Shown piece by piece: positions 1 to 42,523 of a stretch of DNA of 64,000 nucleotides; the stretch's first letter is position 1; every line of letters starts with the position of its first letter. The position numbers were made by a program, and so were the translations under genes. This stretch comes from Chrysomallon squamiferum (taxonomy: Eukaryota > Animalia > Mollusca), in assembly GCA_012295275.1 (NCBI GenBank), contig CM022679.1, forward strand, positions 9,610,001 to 9,674,000, given 5' to 3'. The notes under the pieces are model-generated. The model made no database searches. It saw only the letters and a program-made list of their open reading frames with translations, and was not told the DNA's origin.

Positions 1-1020
1 ATTTAACAAGTTATCAAGTTTAATAGTTTAACACTTTAACAATGTAACACTGTAGCAATTTAGCACTTTAAGAATGAAAAAAATTAATAAATTAAACAAT
101 TTTATTAGCATAGGAATAATTATTCTGCAAATGGTGTTATAACAAAACACATGTTTTTTGTTTGTTTTTTTGTTTTTTTAAAATGAAATACATTTGTTGC
201 TGATTCAAATTAATTTGGTTGAAGTGGGTTTTCGGGACGTTACTAGATTAGTATGTTAGTATGTTGGTGTAAGCAAAGATTGTGTAGACGAGAATGTTTT
301 CACTCATGGAATAAAAACAGTGAGAACTGGTTAGATATGATAGATATACAAATATTTCACAATCATTTTGTTTAACCGTTTGTATTTTTTGTGTTGTTTT
401 TTCTTTTCTTTTCTTGTTTTTCTTTCTTTCTTTCTTCCTCTTTCTATTTTTGTCACATAATTATATCTGATGTCAAAAAGGGAACGGTCGTAATTTCAAA
501 TATGTAATTAATAATATGACGAATCGATTTTATGCAGAATATACGTTTGTATAACATTTGCTTGTTAAAGACTAAAAACATATAAACTGTGTTAAGGATA
601 TCAGTAAACAATAACATCATGAACAGCACAAAACATCGGCAACAAAAAGTTAGGGACAGTAACAAAATTCAACACTGGATATGATCAACTACATTAAAAT
701 AAAATAAAATAAAATAAAATAAAATAAAACATAAACAAAATAAAACAAAAAAACACCCAAATAACTATTAATAAAATGATATTAGTAAAATTTTAATTTT
801 GTATTATTTTATTTTTTATTTCAAAAATAAATTTCTATCAACCACAACAACAACAACAACAACAAAAAAACAAAACAACAACAACAACAACAACAACAAC
901 AGCAACAGCGATAACACAAATAAAGATAAAGCCACTGATTATAACTGAAATTTAAGTGTCACTAAAGTACGGGACTGACTAGTTTTTTAACAGACTGAGT
1001 TTTTAAACTGTCTCACTTAC

Positions 1021-29084
<28,064 letters not shown>

Positions 29085-29734
29085 CTATAAAAAAAAAAAA
29101 ATAAATAAATAAATAAAAGGTAAAAAAGATTAAAAATGCATTTTTATTAATTTTACTGTGTAAATTAAACACTAAAGAGTTTAATTTGTTTAATAACAGC
29201 TTCTGGAATATAAAATAAATAATTTTGAAACCTAAATAAAAAAAAATAAGGTAATAAATAGCAAAAATAAAAGTTATAAAAAAAAAGCACAGGGAAAGTA
29301 ATAAAAGAACAATATGAAAACTTGGTTTGAGAATTTGGTTATAATACGCGTTGGTGGTAAAAAGTTAAACATTTATGAGTGATGCATGAAAAAATAAAAT
29401 AAAATGATAATAAAATAAAATAAATAAATAAATAAATAGAAAGAAGTAAGGTGAATAAAAGAGAAAAGAACAGAAAAATAAATAGATAACAATAATAACA
29501 ACAACAATACTAATAATAATATAAATAATATAAATAATAATAATAATAACAATAAAATTTAAGATATAAAGATTAGAGTAGTTGTTTTTTATTACATTGC
29601 TTTATGTTGAAGAAACCCTCAAATTATTATTCATAATGATTCGAAATTTTTTAATTAAAAAGCAATTTTTTTTTTTTATTTTCATAATCCATAAAGGAGG
29701 AAATCTTAAAAATAAAATAAATTTAAAAAAATTA

Positions 29735-29769
<35 letters not shown>

Positions 29770-30619
29770 ATTCAGAATGAAATAAATTAATAAAACAAAC
29801 AAACAAATAAACAAACATAAACAAAAAAAAAAAAATAAAATAAAATAAAATAAAATAAAAAAAAAAAAAAGATTTTAATAATAAAAGTAACAAACATATT
29901 AAATAAATAAATAAATAAATGAAAAGGCTTCTGTCGCGACAAGCCAAAAGATTGCATTAAAGATAGTCACACAGAAAAATGAATCTTTTATTTATTATAA
30001 CTCATTGACTTTTCACAGCAAAGAGCTGCTTGCATTCATCACTGCAGCAGCAAATCTAAATAATATATCTGTAACTGAATTATAACCAAATCTCGTTTGC
30101 ATGATCAAGTATTGCATAGACAGTGATAAAACAGGGAGAAAATTATTTAATGATGTATAAATGTATGTAAAATATACTTTAATATAATGCTATATTATGA
30201 AGCCATTAGCTGCTTCCATATGTTCGTACACTTGGCGCCAGAATCCACAGGCAGTTTTATTTAATTACCGCACCTTTGTATTTGAAATGAATTATTAAGA
30301 AATTTAAAAAAAAAAAAAAAAAAAAAACAGGTTTGTATTACTACGGCTGTGGCGTTTGTGAGAAAAGAATTAAAATACTTCGCCTTTAAAAGAAAACAAC
30401 AAATAAATAAATAATGATGATGATAATAATAATAATGATGATGATGATGATAATAATAAATAAATAATAAAAAATCATGAATAAATAAATGAATAAATAA
30501 AATAATAATGAATATAATAATAAATAAATAAATACATAAATGGAACAAATAATAATAATAAAAATAAATAAATAATAATAATAATAATAATAATAAATGA
30601 TATAAATAGTAATAAAAAC

Positions 30620-30653
<34 letters not shown>

Positions 30654-31287
30654 TAATAATAATAAATAAATAATATAATTTAAAAAAATCATAAATAAAT
30701 CAATAAAATAATAATGAAATAATAATAAATAAATAAATATATAAATGGAACAAATAATAACAATAAAAATAAATAATAATAACAAATGACATAAATAGTA
30801 ATAAAAACATGAAATAAAAAAAATAATAATAATAATAACTGTAATAATCTCGGCCAAGGTAAAAAGCACTGGTTTTTGTTTGAAGTGCGTTTTTTATGGC
30901 GTAATTTTCCGTGGTATTTATCTACATTAGCTGTTTTAGAAAATGCATCTCCGGCATGTGTGCAATGAAACGAACATCGATACATTACGATAATAACGAT
31001 AAAAAAAAAAAATATAGAAAAACTACAGATGTTTCGCTGTCCATTTGATCGGTGATTGATTGGCAAAAGTTTGGATAAAGCTCTAATAGAAAAGATATGA
31101 AATATTTGTTTATGGCATGGCCTCGTATGATAAATGTTCTTTGGGTGTGTTTTTTTTTGTGTTTTTTTTTTTTCTTCTCTTAATATCTTGCTATCGATTT
31201 TCTTACAGTTACACATAGAAATGAAAGGTGTTCAGGACAATGTTTACAAGTATTTCAAAATGGATGAGTCCAAGAAACACAAATAGT

Positions 31288-31355
<68 letters not shown>

Positions 31356-31418
31356 GTACAGAAAATGAACAACTTTATTAATTATTGTGCGTATCTGTTT
31401 GTTATGAATTACTAAATC

Positions 31419-31458
<40 letters not shown>

Positions 31459-33349
31459 TTAATAATAATAATAATAGTAGTAGTAGTAGTAGTAGTAGAA
31501 GCAGTAGCAGTAGTAGTAGTAGTATATATGTATGTATGTATGTTTGTTTAATTATGTTTGCATGAATGTATATATATATAATTTATCAGTAATAAAATAA
31601 AATAAAAATATAAAAAATAGTTTCAAGAGAGCAAAAATTAAGTCTTTAAATATGAACAAGAATTGTTGTTTATTTTTATTTTTATTTTTATTTTTTTAAA
31701 AAGTCTAAAGGGAAACAGTGGTAAATAAAAAAAAAATAAAAAAAAATAAAAAAAAATGTAGACAAAGCAATGATTCTTCTGATCAACAAATCTTGTTTTC
31801 CTGCCGCGCGTAATTTCCGCCTTTGAACGAACAAAGAAAAAAAGCCAGAGAAGGAATTCTGGATGTTTTCTCAGTTCGGCACGAACGTGTAACGAGTGTT
31901 TAACCACTTGGTCATTTATGCTCAAAACGTAGTCATTACATCGTCACTTGTTAAGTAAATTGCTTCAGCACCGCTTTCAAAGACGTGTTTGAAATGTCTG
32001 GTAACCGGGCTGCTCTGCAAGGAGGCAGCTCTTCTGACTGGTAAAAATCATGGAACTCTCGTGCCGTTTTTTTCTATTTCGCTTAATGACTTCCTTGACA
32101 TATCATAATATGTAGTAGATATCTTCTTTTTTTTTTTATTTATTTTTTTTATTTTTTTTTGTTATTTGCAAGCCATCTGTTATGTTGGATAAAATATTAG
32201 CTCATTTTAAAATAAAGTTTTGTTAACATTTATTAACAAGAAATGTAGAGTGAAAGGGTATGTAATCTCCGATGTATGACTTTTATGATTGCGTGTTCGT
32301 AATATACTCTTTGTATAAAGAGTTTTTCGTTACTTTTTTGTTTTTGCGAGTTTACAAGTGCGAAAACATACACAATGATACATATGTTAATTTAATAAAT
32401 TAATAAATATCATAATAATATAGTTTAAAAAAATAGAAAAAATATATATTGACGTATTATTTTATTATTTGAAAAGTGGATCTTATCAGGTAAACAAAAT
32501 ATATATTTATCGTATTTTTACAATAATAGATTTTGCAAACGAGACACTTTTAAAAAAAAAATACATATTTATTAAAATTCCTTAATTATATCTGACATTT
32601 TTATTTAATGACCTGTACCAATAAAATGTCATACTAATTTATTTATTTATTTATATGTTTATTTAATTATTATATTTGATTTAAAAAAAAAAAATAAAGT
32701 GCAATTACAACATCAGAATATGCATAAATTTAATTTTATTTACATTATTTTTTTCGGTTTCAATTAAACGTGTGTAAAATAAATAATAATAAAAAAAAAA
32801 TTAAAAAAAAAAAAAAAAAATTATTTTTCTTTTTTATTATTAACATTTTTTTTTAAAAAGATGATGCGTGAAAATTGTTAAAAAGTGTGTGTGAACTATC
32901 GGAGTATGAATTTCAATATTCCATGTAAATTCGGCTGACGTTGTTTGTGAGGATGTCGTTAAAACGGAAACCGATGTCGCGAAAATCAAAGAAAACCTGG
33001 ATGCGTGGGAGAATTTATGAAATAATCGACTCACTTTGCGGCAAACAGATCAATAAGAGGTCAGATGCTGTTGGCCACATTTCATTTTTTTTTTTTTTTT
33101 TTTTTCTTTCTTTCTCTCTATAACCCTCTCTTTGCTAAGATGATAATATCACTGGCAATTTCACGTTTAATAAAGACGATAATAACACAGTCACTACTGC
33201 TATGAAATGTGAATGATGTTAATTTTGTGAAAGAAAAAAAATAAATAAATATCTCACAGTCACTACTTTTATTGGACAGTTATTAATATGAATTTTATAA
33301 AGAAGATAACTCACTTTGACTTCTATGTGGGTGTGTGTGTTTGTGTGTA

Positions 33350-33395
<46 letters not shown>

Positions 33396-35065
33396 AGTCA
33401 GTGCATTCACAGAGAATTTCAATTTATATAACTGCCGTAAAGACGATATCTCAACGTTATTACCTTCATAGGACATTTTATTTATTTGCAAATTCTTAAG
33501 AAGACATATCACACTGATTAATTTCATTGAACATTTATTTATTTAAATTTTCGAAAGAAGATATTGCCTGTCACTACGGTCAATGAAGAATTATTTATTA
33601 ACATTTTCGAAAACTACGTCACGTAACTACAGTCATGAATATATGTTATTTATTTTTATTCAGTACTTTCAGTACTTTCATACTTATAAAACAAAAGTGA
33701 TTTTACAGTTTTTAAATAAGGAATTTAAAATCACTAATAAAAATAATATCATCCCGCCTTTTGGATAACAATTCACATTCTCTGCGTTTATTTTTTTTTT
33801 ACTTATTTTTATTTATTTATTTATTTATTATATTTATTTACAATAAAAAAAATACCCATGATGCGGTTGTAGGTGAAACATAATAATAGTAATAACGAAC
33901 TACATTTCAGTCTGTATTAAGGAAATAAGTTACATATAAATTAACGTGAATATCGCGGCTTAGCCCGTTTTTTTTTCCAAAATGGCCTGCAATAAATTCT
34001 TTCATTATCTTGAAAACCATAAAATTATCTGAAAAAAGGCTAAAGCAAAATGCCATCAAATGGTATTTAGTTTTATTTCTTTACTCCGGACTGATTTATG
34101 GAAATGCTGTTTACGTCAGATTGCAGATACGGGAAGATCTAGATAATTCTTTCCCATTTATTTACCTACATCAAAAAACCTATTTAGTAAAATAATAAAA
34201 GAAAAGAAAAATAAAATAAAATAAAATAAAATAAAACCATGTAAATAAAATAAAATAAAGTAAATAGAAAAACGAATGAGTGAGTGAATGAATGAATCAA
34301 TCAAATAAAAATAAAAAATAAAATAAATAACTATGTAAATTTAAAAAATCTAAATTAAATAACAGCAACATCAGCATCATCATCATCATCATCATCATCA
34401 TCAACAACAACAAGACAGAAAAAAAAAAAAAAAAACAGTCGAAACTATTCCATTTTGTTTTAATTTGTGTTTGTTTTTATTTTAGGTGTTTTATTTTTTG
34501 GGTTGATTTTTGTTTTGTTTTTGTTTTTGTTTTTTTTAAATAATCATAAATTCTTACAAAATGCATTTTTCATCTTCACACCTGACTCCTCACAAAAATG
34601 TTTGTGGTTGCTGCTGTCGTTGGATTGCAGCCAACAACCACTGATGAAAGTTTGATAAAATATTTACATAGAAATTTTAATTAGGCTGGACAAGTTATTT
34701 TTAGTGGTGCTGTACAAAGAATGTTTTTGTTGTTTGTCATGTGTCAGTCAGTTTAACTGACAGAACAGTCCTCAGAAAACACCGCATATGACACGCATGA
34801 CTTAACAGATAGCAGTTACATTAATTAAGTAATAAATAATAATAATAACAACAACAATAATAATAACTACAAGAATAACAATAATAATGATAATGACAAT
34901 AATAATACCAGATAGTAATAACATTGATAAAGTAAGAAATAATAATAATAATATTAATAATAATAAGAATAAGAATAAGAATAAGAATAATATTAATGTT
35001 AATATTAATAATAATCGTAATAACAAGAATAACAATAATAATACCATATAATAATAACATTATTA

Positions 35066-35117
<52 letters not shown>

Positions 35118-35286
35118 GTGGTAGTTGTAGTTGTAATATAAACAACAATAATAACAGTAATAATAATAATAACAAGAATAATAATAGTAGTAGTAGTGGT
35201 AGTAGTAGTAATAATATAAATAGTAATAATAATACTAAATAAATAAATAAATAAATAAATAATAAAATAATAACAACAACAATAAT

Positions 35287-35324
<38 letters not shown>

Positions 35325-35781
35325 CGATAACAATAATGATAACGACAATAACAACAACAATAACAACAATAACAATGTACAAAAAAAAAAAAAAAAAAAA
35401 AAAGAAGCTAAAAACGAATCCAAACAGATATTTGGACTGAAATTTTGAATGAAACAGAAAGAGTGAAACGAAAACCGGTTTGGTGGTTTGGCGTGTTTTG
35501 GAAGTTAAGAGTTTCGTGTAATTTTAGTCAGGCCCCAGGGAAACACTGCAGGGGTTTAATTGTAGATATTCAGTGAAACTGAACACGCCACGAAGCTCAC
35601 AGGTCACGCCCTCGTTTTGACAGGCAGTGCATCAAAGCGAATACAATTTTTACAAAATTCGCTTAGCATGGATTCACTCCACGTTTTGTGTTAGCAGAAA
35701 TCACGCAATTTGATTATTTATATGTCACAAGCAAGTGATCAGTTTGAGCGATAGCAAAATGCAAAAGAAGACAGGACATAC

Positions 35782-35827
<46 letters not shown>

Positions 35828-36055
35828 ATATTATATTATATTATATCATGTTGTTTTATTGTTTTTGTTTAACCCCACAGGTTGTTGTATTGCAAATAAA
35901 ATAAAATATAAAAAAACAAAGAATATAAATAAATAAATAAATAAATAAAATATATATAAAAAAATTAAAATAATAAATAAATAAAATATATCAAAAATAA
36001 AATAAAAACAACTATAAATACATGGGACATAATTATTCGTTTCGCCTCCACTCAC

Positions 36056-36074
36056 GGCAGTTTAGACTGCACAT
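36056..36074 (-). CDS. Candidate first coding exon end (MCSLNC, phase 1)
   Basis: ATG TGC AGT CTA AAC TGC C|gtgagt is in the phase needed by exon 28938-29084 and lies about 170 nt downstream of a GC box/CCAAT pair. Confidence 0.45.
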
Positions 36075-36241
36075 TTATCTTAAACGTTTTACCGTACACA
36101 CCGGAACGTTAACCGGACTGGGGACAATTTCTCCCTTTCCGCTACATCTACGTAAACCTAACAGCAGAGAAACCGGATCAGGACAGCGCTCTGGGCCGGC
36201 AGGCAAGGCAAACTGTTACTTTCCGTTTCGTACGCATTGCT

Positions 36242-36260
36242 CCAATCCCGCCCCCCCACC
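36242..36260 (-). promoter_or_regulatory. Adjacent CCAAT box and GC box; candidate promoter of the TNRC18-like gene
   Basis: CCAAT at 36242-36246 directly followed by CCCGCCC at 36247-36253, in a CpG-containing island. Confidence 0.45.
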
Positions 36261-36606
36261 ACCAAAAACACTCGGGTCTACAACGCCGGGAACTGGAATT
36301 GTAAAGATTTACATATGAAAACACAGACCTCTCTCTATCTATCTATCTATCTCTCTCTCTCTCTGTCTCTGCTGCTTGATCATTCAAGTGAAATCTCAGC
36401 CGGCGACACGGAAAATTTAGAACCCTGGGAAACAACAATGGAGTTATCGAAACTGGCCTTGATCCCAGACGCATTATCGAACGCGACCTTGAGCCAATGG
36501 CACACTTTTGCGCAGTGAAGACATTTCTTTTTCTCTCTCTTCGCTTCGTGTTTCGTTGGAGACCGGGCGATGTTAATTAAGAAACGTCTTTTTCCCGTGG
36601 ACTTAC

Positions 36607-36664
36607 CAGAGAGATTAAGAAAACAGACCTGCAGCTGGAGGAGAGATTGTACTGACGGTGACAT
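36607..36664 (-). CDS. Second candidate alternative first coding exon (MSPSVQSLLQLQVCFLNLS, phase 1)
   Basis: Perfect donor CTG|gtaagt 58 nt after an ATG, which gives phase 1. Confidence 0.35.
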
Positions 36665-37028
36665 GTTCTGGCAGAGGCATTGTTGTCTGTAACATTGTAA
36701 GTAGTAGTGCACTGTGGTAAGTAGTATAACGATTTTTCATATTCGAATGGAACGACGCTTGCTCAATGCTGCTTCTATTATTTATTTTTGTTTTTATTTA
36801 CGAAATCACAATAACAGAAATAAAAGCATTAGCAGCAACCACTGCTTAGTACTGCAACACGTAGAAATCTCTGTTACTGTTGCGCGATCTCAACAATTAG
36901 GCTTACTACTACTACTACTTCTGCAACAGCAATAGCAACAACAGTCGAAACACAACAACTATTATTTATTTATTTGCTGTTTATTATTTATTTATTTGCT
37001 ATTTTTTATTACTACTACTATTACTACG

Positions 37029-37100
<72 letters not shown>

Positions 37101-37237
37101 GCTGCTGCTTTTATTAATTTTGATATTTATATATTATTGCAATTAATAGGTACAAAAATATCCAAACATGTTAATCATTTTAAAGACAGATAGGTTTCAG
37201 AACAATCATTTAAAAAAAACAAAAAAAAACTACCATA

Positions 37238-37520
37238 ATGCTTGATATTATGAGAGAACATGAAGAAATTCAAAATTATATTAAGAGTCTAGCTAAAAGT
37301 GTATTTAAACAAATAGGAGAAGATGCCATTAATAATGTTGAACAAGATATTTTAAAACAAATCGACAGTAGATTACATAATTATCCAAACGAAGATCAAG
37401 TAATGTCTTTAATAGGAAATCAATTACCTATTGCTGTCCCTAATGTTCCATTTATTGTCGATATTAATAAACATTTACAAGATTTACAAAAGAATTTAGA
37501 AAATACTGCTTTTAATAATA
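37238..37520 (+). other. Orphan protein-like ORF fragment (about 94 complex codons) running into a microsatellite
   Basis: ATG-initiated, non-repetitive, helical-looking peptide MLDIMREHEEIQNYIKSLAK...LQDLQKNLENTAFNN with almost all codons ending in A/T; family not recognised. Confidence 0.45.
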
Positions 37521-38459
37521 TTTTTATTGTTGCTACTATTATTGTTATTTTCTTGTTGTTATCATCATCATCATCATTATTATTTTTATTTTTATTATTA
37601 TTATAAACTGTTACAAAGTTAGTGTATATTTATTAGACAACATCTGGAGATACGGCACCGATCATAAGTAAAAAAACAAAACAACCTCTGTTCTTCAATA
37701 ACTATTGTTATGATTAGACCAGCCAATGTGGTCTTCAACCACTGATAATTTTGTCTAACGTGTACAATTATACAGTGTTTTCTGTAGCAATTTTCGAAAT
37801 AATAAAATGATAAGAATAATAAAAAAAAAAAAATAAAAAAAAAAATAAAGTAACGTAACATAACAAACAAACAAATAAATAAAGAGAACAAAGGAAATAA
37901 AAAAAGACTTTTTATTTTTTATATAAATATTTTTTTTTAATTAATTAATTATTAATTTAAAATTAGTTTGGAAATTTATATAAATAACGCAGATATTTTG
38001 CGGAAATTTTTTTTATATTTGTTGATATTAATATAGAATTTTAAAAATAATTAAAAAAGGCAATAAAACAAAATAAAATAAAATATTTAAGAGCTAATTA
38101 GAAATGAAAGAGAATATTTTAAGTAGCTTGAATATAAAAATGAATAATGTTTATTCTTCATAAATTTTAGATAGATTTATTAATACCATTTAAAAAATAT
38201 ATAAATAAAAACAATAGCAACAGCAATAGCAGTGGCAAAAGCAATAACAACAACAACAACAACAACAACAGCAACAACAATAATAATAATAATAATAGTA
38301 GTAGTAGTAGTAGCAGTAATAGTAGTTGAAGTAGTAGTAGTAGAAAACTAATTTAAAAAAAAACGTAAACTAAAGAAAAGAAATAAATGTCCTATTTAAA
38401 AAATATCGTGTTGAACTTAAAATATTATTCTAAATTAGCATCAGATGGTTATAAAAACT

Positions 38460-38528
<69 letters not shown>

Positions 38529-38877
38529 TTTATATAATTCTTTTTCTAAACAATTTAATCCGAGTATTATACAATAATAATAATAATAACACTTTGATTT
38601 AATTACAAATTAACAATTCAAAACAGCACTCGTATAAACAGCAAGACCAGAAAAAAAATAATATTAAAAATAATAAAATCACGAAATGAACGTTTGAAAA
38701 GCCGAGCAAAACGTGAGTGACTGTGAACTGAACACGTGGGTAGTAACGCAGAGACAAGTATGAAATCACACACAGGTATATAAAGTGTCACTGGTTTTGT
38801 GAAGTGTTGGTCGCAGCAGAGGCACGACTTGTCTAGTATTTCAAGTTAATGTGTCTTCTGAAGACGTTCTGTCTGCA

Positions 38878-38923
<46 letters not shown>

Positions 38924-39090
38924 TACTATCTTTTCTCGCACTGGGCAGGCAGGCAACGTATTTGCACTGAGCAGAACTGAACATATTTAGGACAGGACAA
39001 GAAACGTAAAAAAAAAAAAAAAAAATCCAATGTCGCTCAAAACCCTTAGTTAATATTATTAGAACATTTACGATTGAAGCTTAGCTGCAT

Positions 39091-39133
<43 letters not shown>

Positions 39134-39577
39134 GTGTCACGTAATTTCAAAAGAGGGTGCAGTACGTGAAAACAATCACTTAGAAGCCTTTAATGTCCCA
39201 GCCTGCTCTACCACAGAGCCAAGAACAACAAAGGGATGTCAGAAGTTATTTCATGTGACTGCGCTCTCAAGCATGAAGGTCAAATTTGTTGTCCAATCAA
39301 TAACTGTCAGCGCGTTGATAGATTGACTGCGGGAATCGGCGCGTGCACTATTCCCTTTCCATCATGGGCGTAACTTGTACGACATATCGAAAAAGCTGTT
39401 TGATTCATTGCGCGTGCGTTCACTTCCGCTGAAAAATGACAGGTGCACGGGTTCACACAGGGATTGGGAAAATGTGGCACTTTGCAAAACAAAACTAATT
39501 TGTTACCAAGCGGTGTTGTTAGCATACAATTATCTTTTTTTTTTTATTTTATCTTTTCTTTTTCTTTTTCTTTTAAA

Positions 39578-39655
<78 letters not shown>

Positions 39656-40087
39656 GCTGCTATTACTATCCTCCTCCTCATCATCATTATTTCTATTATT
39701 TAATTATTTTTAATTTGCTATTTAAAAAATAGATTTTATTTATTTTTTTTTTTTTTTAAATTTAATAGCTTATTATTATTAATGTTGTAAACGATTTATT
39801 GTTAAGGTTTTTTCTTTTAAATGAAGCACGTTTGTTTTGTTTTTTTGCATGTTTTTAAATAGTAATAGATGGGAATGATTTTTATGCCGTAATTTGTCTA
39901 CACGTGTGTTGTTGATATGAATATGTAATTAATTTTTTTGCTATAATGTATTCAAGCTTTTAAGCTTAAATTCTAAGAATTTCCCTAGTATATAATGCTG
40001 TTTCTAACACAGTTACGACTACTACCAGTATTACCACTAATATTATATACTACTACTACTACTACCATTACTACAACTATTACTACA

Positions 40088-40138
<51 letters not shown>

Positions 40139-40243
40139 GTTGCTACTGCTGTTACTTACCTACCTATTCATTCCTATCTATTTACATGCATTAATGTCTG
40201 GACCTAATCTAAATTTAAATCTGTCGGTTATTGCTCTCTCTCT

Positions 40244-40343
<100 letters not shown>

Positions 40344-41137
40344 GTGTCTATCTGTCCATTTCTGTGTGCGTAACGCGTTTAAAACATAAATCCGTAGTCT
40401 GTGAGTAAAATATTCGTTTTAATTTGAAAAAAAAAAAAAACCCAAACAAACTTAATTTTTTTTTTTTTAAATTTAAACATTTTAAAACTATTTTAATAAC
40501 AACAACAACAATAACAACAATAACAATAATAATAATAATAATAATAAATAGAGGGTTTTTTTAAAAAAAAAAAAAAAATAAAAATAAAAAGACTTGTGGA
40601 ATTCGAAAAAGCAGCAAACAGAAAAATAACGAAACAGGCTCCTTTGGTTATTTCATCCATTTTATAGCCGGCGACATTAACTCAGAATTTAAAACAAGTT
40701 TAATCTTAGCTTTTTGAGACATTATTATTTTTATGTAGCGGCACAACAGGTTCAGACAATGGGGTTACCCCACAAAATAAGGTACACAGAAATAATATTT
40801 TTGAAATTAGAAACTGCAGAGTCTGAATGCTGTCACTACAAACACAGACAAACATAAATACTTCGTAAAAAGGTAAAGACTTCAAGAGTATTATTTAAAA
40901 CTTCAGGGTTTATTTTCTGTGCTTAAAAGCAATAATTTATAGCCATTTTTTTTTTTTTTATTTTTTTTTTTTTATATAATTAACTCTCTATAATAAAACG
41001 TCTTTACGAACACGCACTAAAATGTAAAAAGTTTGAATGGCGTTTGTCTGTTTATTGGAGAAAAGAGAGAATTGTGACACTTCGAACAGTTAAAAACATT
41101 CCATTATAAAACATCTACATGTATTTTTAATTTAAAA

Positions 41138-41169
<32 letters not shown>

Positions 41170-41318
41170 TAAATTTTAATATTGATTTCAGGTCACAGTT
41201 TTAAAGATTGGTAGTAAACCAAAAATGATAAACATAAACATGTTTTTAATAAGTGATAGTTATTATTTTATGTAAAGTTTGTTTATGAATATTTATAACG
41301 GTCTCTTTCTATTTAAAA

Positions 41319-41355
<37 letters not shown>

Positions 41356-42307
41356 TGCAAAATGTAGTTATAAATAAATAATTATACATACATACATATA
41401 TATGATATGAGGAAACAAAATGATAGTTATAAATAAATTCTTAATATATGCAGAGATACTGAGTGTGAGAAGGGGATATGAGAAGGATAAGAGATGCAAG
41501 ACAGATAACAGGAAAAATTCAGACTGAAAGTCACAGATGAATATAAAATAAAAGAAACACAAAAACGAAAAACCCATAAAGAAGACAAAAAAAAAAAAAA
41601 AAAAACGTGAGACAAACTGACAGACGGACAGAAAGACGGACAGACACAGCCGCCGCCGCCGGCAGAAAGAGAACACACCACGGCGTCTTCAACGTTGATG
41701 GCAAACAGACGCAGTCGTAGGTGCATTTAACCGGGCAAACATGTCGGCTGGCAAGTAAGGGCTACGCTTCTCCACGGCAGTGTAAAACTGAACGGACGAT
41801 TAAATCCTGTAACCTGCGCTGCTAGAGATATATTATGGGACAAATGTTAGGTATTCGTTTTAAAGATGGGGCAATAAATTACAGAGGTATTGCTGCCGCG
41901 CGCTGCCCGATTGGCCCAGACTGCGAGGCCTCGCTACATAAAGCATCACGCCACGAAATGGTAATTGCCAGTCAAGCCCGGTGTCGGCGGTGCGTGCTGT
42001 ACCTGTAGATGTTATCAGCAGACATAAAATACACCGCTTTAACAGACCACAGAGACTGTACATCATACACACCTTGTTGCTTTCCTCGCTGGGTTTTTTT
42101 TTTTTTTTTTTTTTATTTTTTTTTTCTAGATTTAATTAGCTGAGGTTTTTTTCTTGTTCATTTTTTTTTTTTTTTTTTTTTTTTCTTCCTAACGGAGTTT
42201 CCATTTGTGTTTCGCGTATGTTTTGTGTTTTCAGATATTGTGCCGCGTTTTTGTTTTTTTTTTTTTTTTTTTTTTTAAAAGAGTCGTAGGTAAACTAGCT
42301 TTATGTA

Positions 42308-42339
<32 letters not shown>

Positions 42340-42488
42340 ATGATAATGATATTGTAAAGTAATTACTGACCGTATAAAATAATTGTGCTTTTGTTTTACT
42401 CGCACGAATACCTACATACATAAACAAACAAACAAACAAACACACAGACACAACTAAAAACCTACAGTGCACTTTTTACCATTCATTT

Positions 42489-42523
<35 letters not shown>

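Noticed and set aside
1-1020. BAH or Tudor domain exons expected for this family
   Set aside because: No coding exon was found here; they presumably lie beyond the window, so the family call rests on linear motifs only.
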